Source: Tubiluchus corallicola
Lineage: Eukaryota; Animalia; Priapulida
Direction of reading: 5' to 3'
Length of the DNA: 64,000 nucleotides
Assembly: GCA_030141605.1 (NCBI GenBank)
Contig: JAQGDQ010001032.1
Span: 4,926 to 68,925, forward strand
Shown: piece by piece, positions 25,597-38,911 of the stretch
Numbering within the stretch: the first letter of the stretch is position 1
Layout: each line of letters begins with the position of its first letter
Translations under genes and position numbers: made by a program
Notes under the pieces: model-generated
Database searches by the model: none
What the model was told of the DNA's origin: nothing
The model's input: the letters and a program-made list of their open reading frames with translations, nothing else

Positions 25597-25992
25597 AGGG
25601 GTGAGCATTGAACATTCGAGTTCGATCATTCGAATCGAATCCGAGTTCGAACTCGATTCGAACATAAAACTATAGATTCGAATAATTCAGCACTTCAATC
25701 ACATATGTTCTTTAAAATTAAAACGATTGAAACAACGTGCAATTAGCATAATTTAGCTGTGATTTCTGTGCACAATTTTAAGCAGATTATTAGTCGTTTT
25801 ATTGCAGAACAAAATCGAGTGAAATGCAAGATCTTTGTAAGACTAATTTTTACTAGTGGTTCGAAAACTTGTTCGAAAATCTTTCAATCTCAGTTCGAAT
25901 TCTGTTCGAATTCGAAACACTGAAGTTTGGTTCGATTCGAATTCGAAAGTCACAAATTCGATTCCATTTATGTTAGAAAATGCTCACTCCTA
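25597..25992. mobile_element. MITE rich in ttcgaa motifs; inverted partial copy at about 24110-24480 and another end at 54236
   Basis: TIR taggggtgagcat / atgctcactccta. Confidence 0.7.
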
Positions 25993-26019
25993 GTTTCCAG
26001 CAGTTAGGTACATAGGAAG

Positions 26020-27030
26020 AACTTTCAAAACTAACATTGGAATTACTGAAGTGACAGCCTTGGCACAGTGCTTTTTATGTTTGTACCTACTCAATGGACT
26101 AACAAAACGGAGATGTCTCACCTACAGATCATGATTATGATGCCACCTCTGTAGAAAATCTCCCTTTCCATATTGTTGAACACACTTACCCTGCACCAGA
26201 TTCCTACAAGCCACTCCTATTTCCTAATAGACCAACAATGTGCCAATGACATTGGGTGGATAAGCATTTCGAAATTGTGCACTGGTACTGTTAAAAAAGA
26301 ATGCCCAACATTAATAGAAAAAAGAAAACTCAAGGTTAATGAAGCGAAAACTGAAGAATATAACATATCTTGAGATGGAGACCAATCTTAGAAACACTGC
26401 AAATACACAGAGTCACTACTTAACACAGGAGACGATATCAAAAATAGGAAACAATAGAAAACGCTCGGTTTTATCAAAATAAATCAATTCTAAGCAGCAA
26501 GAAACTATCCCTCAAAACAAGGCTGCAACTCTTTAAAACATATATAACTAGTATCTTCATGTACAACAATGAAATTTAGGGCTTAATTGCAATGCCGGAA
26601 GCAGAAATAAATGTCTTCAAAGAGGCCTACTCAGTAAAATCTTAAAAATAGAGTGGCCGTAATACCAGTTCAAATGAGCAGTTGTAAAACAGAACCAAAA
26701 TAGAATATTGGAACACTAAAATCAGAATCAGAAGACCAAGATGAGTAGAACATTCATGAGACTGCCAGAAGAGACACCAGTAATAAAATTAACATTAAGC
26801 GAGACAGTGAAACCCACTAAACAATTTCCAGGCAAACCAAAAACAACCTGGTCATCACGAATTAATAAAGATTTACAATAAGTGGAACCAAACCTAACAA
26901 TAGCATCACAGGAATTGAAAATTTTAGCTGCAGGCAGGGAACAGTGGAGTGCTCTAATAAAGGATACAGGCTCTATTATATCTACAATAGATGTTTAAAG
27001 CAGCAGCAGAAGAAGACGAAGAAGAGGAAG
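26020..27030 (+). pseudogene. Decayed non-LTR retrotransposon RT fragment (RTE/RTEX-like)
   Basis: IDQQCANDIGW (degenerate YADD), LKVNEAKTEEY and CKY..SLL with stops and frameshifts; GAA-rich tail. Confidence 0.7.
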
Positions 27031-27240
27031 GTATATATCGAGAGTGTCTGTCCTATACAAAAGATCACAAAACAAACAAAAAAATACTTAAACACTGACC
27101 TCTTATACTTGAGCTCCCACATAAATTTACGCAAACCATGTTTTCCATAGCTGAAGATTCATTGATTTTAAGTTGCAAATAAACTCAAATTGAATTTAAC
27201 CGTGAGTTCAACTTTTTTGACTTAAACCTGCGGACTGTAC

Positions 27241-30200
27241 ATGCCGAGCATGTCAGGTGTTGTCGCGCTTGTTATTAAGCATAAGTTGAACAAACTTTTT
27301 AATTCTTCACGGCTGCTACTGCAGTCTTCCCTAAATGTTAAGCCTACGTTCCTAATTTCTTGTCGAAGAATGAGGCTGATGAGATTTCGTGCATCTGATG
27401 GGTCGAGTAGGTTAGGAGCTGAAATAAAGCCAGAAAGTTCAAATTGCTACTCTGTTGTTGATTTGACTTCAGCTTTGGAAAACGCAGGAACGCCGCTAAA
27501 TGTGCCATCAGATTCCATTGAACTTATTAGTGCCGGATATGAAATTATACAAACTGTTGAAAGGTAATATCTGGGACTATTTTGTTAATAGACTAACTAA
27601 AGCCTAAGTAGGACGCCAGATTTTAGGGTCCCTCGACCCAGTATTAAAACATTCTTATTCTCCTCGAAAAATGCTTGTCCTTTCGTATTGATATAAAGCG
27701 TGTATTTTATAACACACCACAAGCAGGTGTGCAGCTACTAAGTAATAGTGCTGATAATACACCACAAATAATTTTGCATTGCCCATTAATGTTATCAGTT
27801 TAATTTAGGAAACATTAATAATTTTAAAATGAATGACATATTTATCAGCTTTCCATTTTAAGTCTAATGCACCAATTAAACTATTTATACAAGTAATTTT
27901 TTTTTGTAAAACCTGCATGTAACTATTAGACACATAATTTGTGAAAGTGAAAGCTTATTTATTAGTAACATAGTATTACACTGAGATGTATTACTATGCA
28001 TGATAATTCTCTATGCAAGAGCTCATTTGCTACAAACTCTATTTGAGGAGATTTCAAATTTACATCTGATATTAAAATAAGTAAGTAAGTATCTTTATTT
28101 ATCACCTTTTTTACAAGAAAAACACAGAGCATGAAACGATAATATGATGCAAAGTGACAAGATTATTAAATGAATAAATTATCTGAGGTAATGATATTCA
28201 AGTGATTGGTGGAAGAGTGGCGAAAAACTAAAAGTTACCAAAGTCAACCACCCTGTAAGTAATGTTGCTATTAGTGATATGCGCAATTATCTTGACGGAG
28301 ATTTCAGAATAAGGTGTGTAAAACTATTGAGATTAAGTTTAAATTTGAACATAAATATCATGGACATAAAGGCATAATAAATACATATAATGTTAATATT
28401 CTAAGCAATGTGCAGATTTACGCAGACAGAATTGCCTTACCTCTTAACTTTCATTTACATGTTAGTACTGAATATCGCACGTTTCCAATAAGGCATCTAG
28501 ATAGTCATGAGGCCTTTAAAACTAATTTCTACTCTCCCATTTGCATCTGATGCAGAATTTTAAACTGATGCATATCAAATTCTATGGTATTTTGTAAAAT
28601 GTATTGATTAGGCAGCACTATTAAAAATTTATATCATGGCATTAATTATATACTTTTTTCATTGTATACAATTTTTTCAGTGCTGTCAAATCCAAGAAAC
28701 ACTGTATTTCTGTGAATGAAAGAGACTATTTGGCTCCAATAGTGAAACCAGATAAGGTCTTATGCATTGGAATGAATTATCGGGACCATTGTGAAGAACA
28801 AGGAGTTCCAGTTCCAACTGAGCCTGTTCTGTTTAGCAAATTTTCTAGTTGCATAGTGGGGCCACGTGATAATATTCTTTATACAGATGAAACAAAGGTA
28901 AACTAAACATTTGAAAGTGAATTTAAATTAATTCCAAATTTTACATTTCCATATAACTGACTGTTTTCATGTTTGTCTGGGCTGCTGGTTGATATACCAA
29001 GGATAGTTTGAGCTCACATTTCCATATGACTGACTGTTTTCATGTTTGTCTGGGCTGCTGGTTGATATACCAAGGATAGTTTGAGCTCACATTTCCATAT
29101 GACTGACTGTTTTCATGTTTGTCTGGGCTGCTGGTTGATATACCAAGGATAGTTTGAGCTCACATTTCCATATGACTGACTGTTTTCATGTTTGTCTGGG
29201 CTGCTGGTTGATATACCAAGGATAGTTTGGAGCTCACATTTCCATATGACTGACTGTTTTCATGTTTGTCTGGGCTGCTGGTTGATATACCAAGGATAGT
29301 TTGAGCTCACATTTCCATATGACTGACTGTTTTCATGTTTGTCTGGGCTGCTGGTTGATATACCAAGGATAGTTTGAGCTCACATTTCCATATGACTGAC
29401 TGTTTTCATGTTTGTCTGGGCTGCTGGTTGATATACCAAGGATAGTTTGAGCTCACATTTCCATATGACTGACTGTTTTCATGTTTGTCTGGGCTGCTGG
29501 TTGATATACCAAGGATAGTTTGAGCTCACATTTCCATATGACTGACTGTTTTCATGTTTGTCTGGGCTGCTGGTTGATATACCAAGGATAGTTTGAGCTC
29601 ACATTTCCATATGACTGACTGTTTTCATGTTTGTCTGGGCTGCTGGTTGATATACCAAGGATAGTTTGAGCTCACATTTCCATATGACTGACTGTTTTCA
29701 TGTTTGTCTGGGCTGCTGGTTGATATACCAAGGATAGTTTGAGCTCACATTTCCATATGACTGACTGTTTTCATGTTTGTCTGGGCTGCTGGTTGATATA
29801 CCAAGGATAGTTTGAGCTCACATTTCCAATTTTTTGCCAACATTTTAGCGTAATTTTTGTGTTATATTAGTCACACTGCAGTTAAAGCAAGTTCGACTGT
29901 TAGAGTATGAAAGTACTCATTTACCAAGAGTTTAGTCTCTTCATATCTTCCTTAGTAATTCTGATTAACTTTGTAATCTGATTAACAGATTATGCAAAGC
30001 AAGGCATCATTGATAAATCTTTAGAGCTGATGTCAACATAGCGCAATCTATTATCTTTCTTCCTACCATTTCCACAAACACATCCTTCTACCCTTCCTGT
30101 GTGATCTAACCTTTCTCCCAGTTCTTTTTTTCGTTCACTCATCCATTCTTTTTTATATCGGGTTCACATGACAGTGGGCTTATACAAGCCTTTGCTTCTC

Positions 30201-30925
30201 TAGCCTACTGCAGTACAATTATTCCTTTATGTTAACGATAGTGTATGAAACATAACAATTTAATACGATATGATGTAATAATTTTGATGTCACTGTGTGC
30301 TTAATGTCATTATATTGTACTGAATGTGATGATAATAAATAATAATAATAAAAAAAAACTTTAATTTTTTGCCAAAAATTGTGTAAGGCTGGCCCTGCAT
30401 CAAAATGCACTTAAGCAGAAATCAGTTAATATGGGACTGTATCATCCTGGATAAAGGATGCTTCCTTGAGGAAGAAGCATATATAAGGTTGTTTTCAATA
30501 ATATTTCAAGTGCAGCTGATATTGACCAAATTTAACAAAAAGTTTGGTGTTAAGTTAATATTTCTTTGAGTAAGCAGGACATCTTTGACACGCCTTTTCA
30601 ATTTTACGGTTGCTGCAGAACTGTGAACTTTCTGCAACTTGTTCTAGTACTAAATTATAGACAGCACACGACCAGACGGTTTAGTCTAGTGGTAATGCGT
30701 CTGCTTTCCGTCTGGGAGGTCGTGAGTTCGAACCAGCGACCGGGTCACACCAAAGACTTTAAAAATGGTACCTGCTGTTGCCCTGCCTGACGCGTGGTAT
30801 TTAGGGTAAAAGTGGGGTAATAATAGTCTCTGTTATGCAGTTGTAGGTTGTTATTTACAGTCGGCGATAATAGCTCTTTGAGCTAATGTTGACCCAAGAG
30901 CCGACTTTAAATAAAGGTTATTATT

Positions 30926-30957
<32 letters not shown>

Positions 30958-32951
30958 GGTGGTGGTGGTGGTTGGTGTTGTTGTTGTTGTTGTTATTATT
31001 ATTATTATTATAGTATTCTTGTGATAACATGTCAAAAAGTTTTATTTCGGGTTTTTCTCAAGTCTGTTTACGCGTTAATGAAACAATTAGTTTCTTGTAT
31101 TTTCTGCAAGTTTTAAAAACTTTCTTCAGAAATAAAAATCGTCCAGCCGTAAAGGTTTCGACAGTTTCAATCATTGATTCTTTGTATTGACATGCAAACA
31201 CAGAGCGGCTGTCAGACACATGTGCACCAATCTTGTGCGATTAGCGCCTCATATCAGCAGCCCTTATCGATGTGAAGAATTGCTTTTAAAACTAGGTCGA
31301 CCTAAGATTTTTTATTATCTATTATCTGCTTAATAAATAGTTGATAATTCTTTAAACGATAAGCTTTAATAAACTAACAAAGGCCCCGCAAAAAATTTTG
31401 TGTGTAAATACACGTATGATCAAAAATACGCAAACATCCTACATAGTCCTCATTTATAGCGCAAAGCCAGCAGCAGCTTTTACTGAATTAAAGCTATAAG
31501 GTTATAGACAGAGTATAATGGATGACGTCACAACAATGGCTTTGCATCAGCAGTTTTCTAAGCAAAAATTGCTGAAAATAGAACATCTAATTAACTTTTA
31601 TTAATTGGCTCATAGTTTTTCTGTATTTTTGCAGACATTGGACTGGGAAGTGGAACTCGCTATTATTGTTGGCAAAAAGGGAAAAAATATTAAAGTAAGT
31701 CGGGTGATCAGAATGCGATTTAAATTAATGATTGATACATTGAGTTCACTACTTCATTTGTTATTATGCAACGTGATACAAACACTTAAATAGTGCTTGA
31801 CGGAACTTTTTATGGAACACTGCCAATTTAACTTGTCTGTTTAGATGTTGCAGACACTCTTTGATTACAGTCAACCTCGGGTACAAGGTACTCGCTTATA
31901 AGGGACCATCAACACCGCTCCTGATTTTTCGTAACGTTTTTTCTATCTAAAAATCTTCGTATATAAGGTACTCGGATATAAGGGACTTTCGGTTATAAGC
32001 GGCGATATCTTCAGGTCCCGTGTAATAGAAACCCAGGTAAATTACCTCGCATATAAGGGACCCTATGATCAAAGTGAAGTTGATTGATTTTTAACCTCAA
32101 TTTTTCGCAAACTCGGCCTTCGAACAGTTCGGTTTCCGCGGTCACATACATCTCGCATCACTGAAGGAGCTTCCTACATGCCATTTGCATTGAATGTGTA
32201 GCAATAATCCATAAAAATATGGGTGAAAGTGCAGAAAAGTACAGGTCTAGATACACGCTCGGTCTGACTCAACTTTGGCTATAAGGGACATCAGATATAA
32301 GGGACGATATTTTCCGGTCCCGGGGTGTCCCTTATATCCAAGGTTGACTGTATTTCAGATGCTGAGACCAGATTGGGTCCTTTTAACTTAACATTAAGCT
32401 TACACCTTTGTCAGTGCCATCATTGTTCCCTAATGAAACGTTGCTTTCTTTCATGAAATTTCAACAGTTTATTTCTTGTATTTGTTTCAGTTGTCTGAAG
32501 CAATGGATCATGTATTCGGTTACACGGTAGCTCACGACGTCAGTGAACGGACATGGCAACTGCAACGTAATGGTGGCCAGTTTCTATTAGGCAAAACAAT
32601 GGACACGTTCTGCCCTCTTGGTCCTGTTGTAGTTACTAAAGATGAAATTCCAGGTAAGCAGTGCAGTAGTATATGTATGTTAAATGTATGTGACAAAAAC
32701 TACTATCGAAAGAAATATCTAAATGTGCCAGTTTATTCAAACCGTTTTGATCCATTGTGTAAAATGCAGCATTATCTAAAGCTTTACCTGTAGAATTTTT
32801 ACGGTCATGCACTGAAAACAATGACAAATATGCTGTTGAGGAAAATTAACTTCCCTAATCTTATTAACATTTACCTTATTACAGATATAGTAAAGTGTAA
32901 ACTATTGTACCAATTGTTATTCTATAGAATGCACAATTTCACACTGCCTGT

Positions 32952-32982
<31 letters not shown>

Positions 32983-35915
32983 TCCAGAGGTAAAAGAAAA
33001 TCAATACATCAATGCTGCTTAAATCACATAAATTAAAGGTTTTATGAGTTTTATTCATATTTCTGCTGACTAATTTCTTTCTGTTTGCTTAAAACCACCT
33101 ATCTTTCTTACCAGTAGCTGCCTAAACTTGCTAGCGATTTCTTCTCCTCCCGTTTAAACACTGCGTGTATATATATATATATATATGATTGTTATACTTC
33201 CAACGAAATCAAGTACGGTACACACATGTCCAGGTTAAGATAGTTACCTGTCTTATAGTTATAGCAGTAATATACATATAAAGTAGCATAAAAATGTACG
33301 CTTATCACAGAGATAAGGACAGAATGTACATTTATAGTGGGGGTACATGGGAAGCTTAGAAACTTTAAAAGAAACAGTTTACAATACTAGTACAATATTA
33401 TGTATAAATTCTCACTTGTAGAGGCATTAATGGTCTCCAAGAGGGCGCATATTTCAAGTAAAAAATTGCGTATGAATATAAGAATAGCTAGTTGTAATAG
33501 GTTGTTTCATAAATTCTATGGTCTGCTATTTGCTTTTGTGAAGCTAATGAGTTTCTTTAGCTTTTTGACATCTTCTGGGGGCAAGTACCCTCATCAACGA
33601 AGCTGAGGGCACGTACCCTCAACAACCAATCTGAGGGCACGTACCCTCAACAGCCAATCTGAGGGCACGTACCCTCAACAACCAATCTGACGGCACGTAC
33701 CCTCAACAACCAATCTGAGGGCACGTACCCTCAACAACCGATCTGAGGGCACGTACCCTCAACAACCAATCTGAGGGCACGTACCCTCAACAACCGATCT
33801 GAGGGCACGTACCCTCAACAACCAATCTGAGGGCAACAGCAGATACCATTTTTAAAGTCTTTGGTATGACCCGGCCGCTGGTTCGAACTCACGACCTCCC
33901 AGAAGGAAAGCAGACGCATTACCACTAGACTAAACCGTCTGGTCTAAAAGTTTGTTAATAAAGATTTCTATTTTTTTAATTATAATTGCCTTATCACCGT
34001 GGCAGCTTTTTTTGTGCATAGAAACTACAGGTAAACAATTTACTGCATTTTATACCGCTTCTTTTTAAACCCATTATCTATTAACGTAAGTCATTACTCA
34101 ACAAGATTTAATGAATTTCGTATTAAGTATTGCAGGACTGATGCGGCAAGGCACTTCATCACTAACACTGGCCCTAGACTTTGGAATAACATAAACGAAT
34201 ATGTAAAAAAGTCTCTATCTATAAATAACTTCAAAAGAAATCTTAAAAGTGAAATCTTTTCTAATTATACAGAATAAATCAATTTGATTAATTACACTGC
34301 TGTCCCTGTCGGAATCCATCACGTTGCTGGCTATGTCAATTTTTACATTTCTATAGTTCACGTTACTTCATACAGATACCATCACATCTTTCTCCTTCTT
34401 TCTATTCTCTATTAACCTTTCTTTCTACTCCTTTACTGCTCTTTTCTATTACACTCAATCCACATTCATTACTTCATTCATTACTTCATACAGATACCAT
34501 CACATCTTTCTCTTTCTTTCTATTCTCTGTTAACCTTTCTTTCTACTCCTTTACTGCTCTTTTCTATTACACTCAGTCCACATTCATTTGGGGTGCTCTA
34601 AACAAGTAATTACTTCTTGAGTACCCCACGGGTCATTTGCAGCTTGGCATCTTGTGTACATAATAATAAATATGTTATTAAATACCTTTATGTACAATGC
34701 TGTAATAATCGTTGCGGATATATTTAATAAATAAATAAATAAATTTTTTGCTTGAACTCTCTGCAGTTTACTTATCATAATTTTCAGACCCTCACAATTT
34801 GATGTTGCAAACAAAAGTGAATGGAGTCACCAAACAAGAGAGCAATACAAGACAGATGGTTCATCAAACACCTCGGCTCATTGCTTTCATATCCAGGTTT
34901 ATTACACTTTATCCCGGTGACGTCATCCTGACTGGGACACCTCCGGGAGTAGGTTGCTTTCGTAAGCCTCCGGAGTATTTAAAAGTAAGCTGTTTTCATT
35001 GCTGCTGCACCTTGAGATGAAATTATTGAGCCTACTGTTATTTTTTTTTTACAAAATGTGGCAAGACTGGAATCCAGTTCGTTATCAAGGTTACGTCTAA
35101 TAAATCCCTGAACCTTCAAGGGTGTCATAGTGAAGTTAGAATGGGACGTGAATGCATCCACCCCCTGCATGGTAAACTCTCAGAACCAGTATAGAGAATG
35201 AAACCGCCCCGTGAACCCTCAGGGGTGTCGCAGTGAAGTTAGAATGGGATGTGAATGCATCCACCCCCTGTATGGTAAACTCTCAGAACCAGTATAGAGA
35301 ATGAAACCGCCCCGTGTACCCTCAGGGGTGTCGTAGTGAAGTTTGAATGGGACGTGAATGCATCCACCCCCTGTATGGTAAACTCTCAGAACCAGTATAG
35401 AGAAAGCCAAGCTCTGCATGGAGTGACCTTGAGACAATTTTGTGTGTTGCTAATCTGGCTCTTATAGCAGCAGGTTACAGACAAAATTTCTTGGCATAAA
35501 GTTTAAACTCGAGTGTCGCTTAATACAAACGGTTAAGATTTAGTACGTAGTCAGTCGGGAAGGAAAAGCATTGTAATAGTTGCATTATTTAAGTTGCTCA
35601 TGTGTTTTTAGAACTGAATAACACAATATGTACCATTTTAATGCTTCAAATTAGGTAAAAAAAGTTGTTGATAGAATAAAAAATGGCTGTGAGCGCAAAG
35701 TAAACAAAATTATAGTTAAAACGAAACAGTGTGTCGTTAAGTGAGAAAAAAGTGTCAAATATTCAGCATCTTTAAAACGAAACGTCGCTAAACGGGGAAT
35801 CGTTAAGCGAGGACTTACTGTATTCTAAATGAAATGTTTTTTTACGTTTATTGCAGGAAGGTGATGTAGTTGAATGTGAAGTAGAAAATATCGGCTGCGT
35901 AGTGAACAAAATTTG
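27241..35915 (+). CDS. FAHD2A: Fumarylacetoacetate hydrolase domain-containing protein 2
   Basis: Exons 27241-27563 (putative mitochondrial presequence then MRLMRF), 28681-28897 ([13 protein letters not shown]), 31635-31694 (LDWEVELA), 32491-32653 ([23 protein letters not shown]), 34788-34984 ([17 protein letters not shown]), 35857-35915 ([13 protein letters not shown]). All GT-AG and in phase. The last few codons and stop are unresolved. Confidence 0.93.
28943..29828. repeat. Tandem array, 73-bp unit, 12 nearly identical copies
   Basis: Period 28943 to 29016. Confidence 0.95.
29986..30358 (+). mobile_element. CR1/L2-like LINE 3' tail; second copy at 52264-52626
   Basis: Two near-identical copies with a stem-loop (cagtgggcttatacaagcc..ctagcctactg) and A-rich end. 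Confidence 0.6.
30670..30927 (+). mobile_element. tRNA-derived SINE with a Meta-like central domain
   Basis: Box A tagtctagtgg, box B gagttcgaacc, core gggtcacaccaaagactttaaaaatggtacc, (TTA)n tail. Confidence 0.8.
31868..32350. mobile_element. pogo/Tigger-like MITE
   Basis: TIR cagtcaacct / aggttgactg flanked by TA; internal ataaggga repeats. Confidence 0.82.
33585..33835. repeat. Tandem array, 28-bp unit with an internal hairpin
   Basis: Unit tgagggcacgtaccctcaacaaccaatc, about 9 copies. Confidence 0.92.
33830..33944 (-). mobile_element. 5' part of the same tRNA-derived SINE
   Basis: Head and core only; truncated at the 28-bp array. Confidence 0.75.
35110..35404. repeat. Tandem array, 103-bp unit, about 3 copies
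   Basis: Periods 35116, 35219, 35322. Confidence 0.9.
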
Positions 35916-35984
35916 GTATGTTGTTCTAGTGTATTATGGTGTTACGTTTTTATGTCACTTTTGTCCTTAAACAAGTTATAATTT

Positions 35985-36632
35985 ATAGGTTTTACACATC
36001 AAATGTAGACACAGGAAAGTTCAAATGTGACTTAGGTAAGTCAAATGTAGACATAGGAATTTGGATGAAAAGATAAAACCAAATTCAAATTCAAATAACT
36101 TTGAAAAATGTGTTGTTTATCCTCAAACGAAATTCTTTGATAAACCATAATGTCGGCAGAAAAGAATAAATCGGTTCCACTTCTCAATGAACAGTGAATC
36201 ACTAATTACTTTTTTAAGTAATGCATTAGCACTGCATTAATGAATTAGTTTCTCTCAAGAAACATTGTTTATTTTAAGAATGTATTGTTTTCTCTAACAG
36301 TTCCAGTACTATGTAAAGTTTGCTGAACATTAGTGAACTATTAGTAGACCTATAAAGTTATTATTTTCACAGCAATTATTAAATTGAAATTAAAGAAGAT
36401 TAAATTTAACATCCTTAAACTTTACCACCTATTCACATTTGAGATACCAATGTCACATTTGACTTGACATGTGTCTACATTTGACTTGCCAAATACGCTT
36501 AAGTTTTCTTGAAAACCATTGTTAACACATTTGAACCACCTAAATCTACATTTGAGTTACCAAGATGCATTTGAATTACCTAAATCTACATTTGAGTTAA
36601 CGCAGGTCTATATTTGACATGTAAAACCTATA
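35985..36632. mobile_element. TIR element with subterminal tcaaatgtagac repeats
   Basis: tataggttttaca..tcaaatgtagac mirrored by gtctatatttgacatgtaaaacctata. Confidence 0.55.
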
Positions 36633-38809
36633 CTTTAACTTGAAAACAAAAATTTCAGTTGGAATACAGACAACATTTTCAAGCTAAGTTTTAGATTGCA
36701 AAGAAAAGCATTAGCAAAAAAATGTAAAAGGTGAAACAAAAGCGTATTGTCAAAGGCCCACGTAGGAAATAATCAAGTAAAAGAAGCTCCTGATTAAATA
36801 ACTATGGAAGTTTTTGCTGAATCAATCAAAGTGGTTTGTTTATGATATTGCAGCAATGATCAGGCTGAAATAACAACAACAAAATAATTACATATAATAC
36901 TGCCAAACCGCATAGAGCGTAAGTACAAATATAAATGTTTTGAATTATACTAATTTAAGAATTGTTCCTTTAATCACAATGGTATAACTGCAAATAATAT
37001 ACCGTTCTAAATGTTAAACATCTCCTTCACACTGCATGGAGTTCTTATTGTTAAATGTGTTAAAAATTGCCTCCTGGTAAACGGCAATATGGGTACTCTT
37101 CATATGCAGAAATCTTCGACATCCTCTACTGATCATGTTTTCTTCATTTAAGTGCATGCCTGCCCATTCCAGCCAAATGCATGCGCAGAGACATTCTATT
37201 CCTTAGTTCTTAGTTTCTTGAACTGAGACAAGTAATTTGCATCTTTGTAATTTGCAGTATGTATTTTAAACTAAAATTAGCGTATCAGACTCTCTCGGGC
37301 AAAACCAATTTCGTTAAGATATGTTGACTTTCATAATTTTTCTCGAGTCGCAATTTTAGGTAAATCCATTATTAGTTAAATTTATTTTTTTTAGTTTAAA
37401 TGTTTTTATCGTCGACAGCAATAGCAGTGGTAGCAAAAGCAGTGATTATTATTATCTGATATTAAGTGAAAAATATGAACTTCTAATTAAGCTTCTAAGT
37501 AAATCGTAAATAATATGCTGTTTCTTTATGCCAAAATAGTGGCTAGCAGCATGATTTACTGTGCGGGATTACTTAGTACACCTATTGTTCGTACAGCCTA
37601 TGCACAGTTTAAATAATAGTACAGTAACATCATACTGCTCTGTATACTGTGTTTGTTATACAGATTCTTATATACTATTAACGTATCTGTTAATGTTAAT
37701 AGTATATAATGTTAATGTTAATCTGATTCTTATATCAGATTATTTAAACTACTGATTCTTATAAGTTTATTTGCTATAAATAGATAAAAAAACATTTTTA
37801 TTAATAGATAAATCATTACTCAGCAACTACCACTCTGTTCACAGTGCTCTGCTTGCTGGGGCCGCTAGTTTTCTACTGTACTGTGGCTGTGAAATGCCTC
37901 TTCCTTACGTGATGTCACAGCACTGGCTGTCATGGCAGGCGATAATATTTGTCTAGTACCAACAGTGCTTAATTTAACTTACCATATCACATAAAAGTAT
38001 GCATCAAAACTGTTTTAAAAATAGAAAATATATAATTCCGCCTACGCTATAAAAAATAACACCAAAAAATAGTGTAGTAAGATCTTTAAGTTACCAAAAC
38101 ATATTTCTAATTCTCTACTGAACATGTGATTTCCATTACATGCACATTGTGCAGTACTAATGAGTGAACTCGTCTTATTTACAGTCATTCTTCCTCGACG
38201 TAATTCAGAGAAGTGTGTTAAGTTGGTTTGATGGCAAGTTGCATGAGAACTTGATATTTATGTCAGTGTCATCTTCATCATCACCGACATTCATCAGCAA
38301 CAACGACAAAAACACCAACAGCACCATCTGAGAAGTTCGGAAGAATCTCTCTTTAAAAGTGGTCACACTGCAAAATCTTGCAAAGCCACCCAGAAAATGA
38401 AATTATGCCTGCAAAAGATCCCACACTTATTAGACTTTTATTCCATGTATTGCTTACTAGCTGGTTAGTACAATTTTCATTGCAAAAAATGGTGGAAAAT
38501 ATTGGTATTTCACTTTCCATTTTTTCCAGCACACTGAATAAACAATGATGCAGTAGTGAGATCACACAATATTGAGTGTTTGCATTTGACACCTGAATGA
38601 TACAAATGATAGAAAATAATTGTATTATTGAAATAATTGAAAATTGTTGACTTTCCAGTAGTGAGTACTGGGAAATTATGTGGAATATATGCAACTCTTT
38701 TATTTGGTTAATTTGACTTCATCAACATTTTTTTTATCTATACTGTTTCTTTTTGTTTCAATAATATTGTATGTTGATGTATTGTATATGTACTGCTGGA
38801 GTGAAATGA

Positions 38810-38911
<102 letters not shown>

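Noticed and set aside
30670-30745. tRNA gene (also at 33870-33944, 48290-48363 and 56700-56770)
   Set aside because: Continues into a SINE core and simple-repeat tail; cloverleaf is imperfect.
33585-33835. CRISPR-like 28-bp palindromic repeats
   Set aside because: No unique spacers, no cas genes, and a eukaryotic intron context; this is a plain minisatellite.
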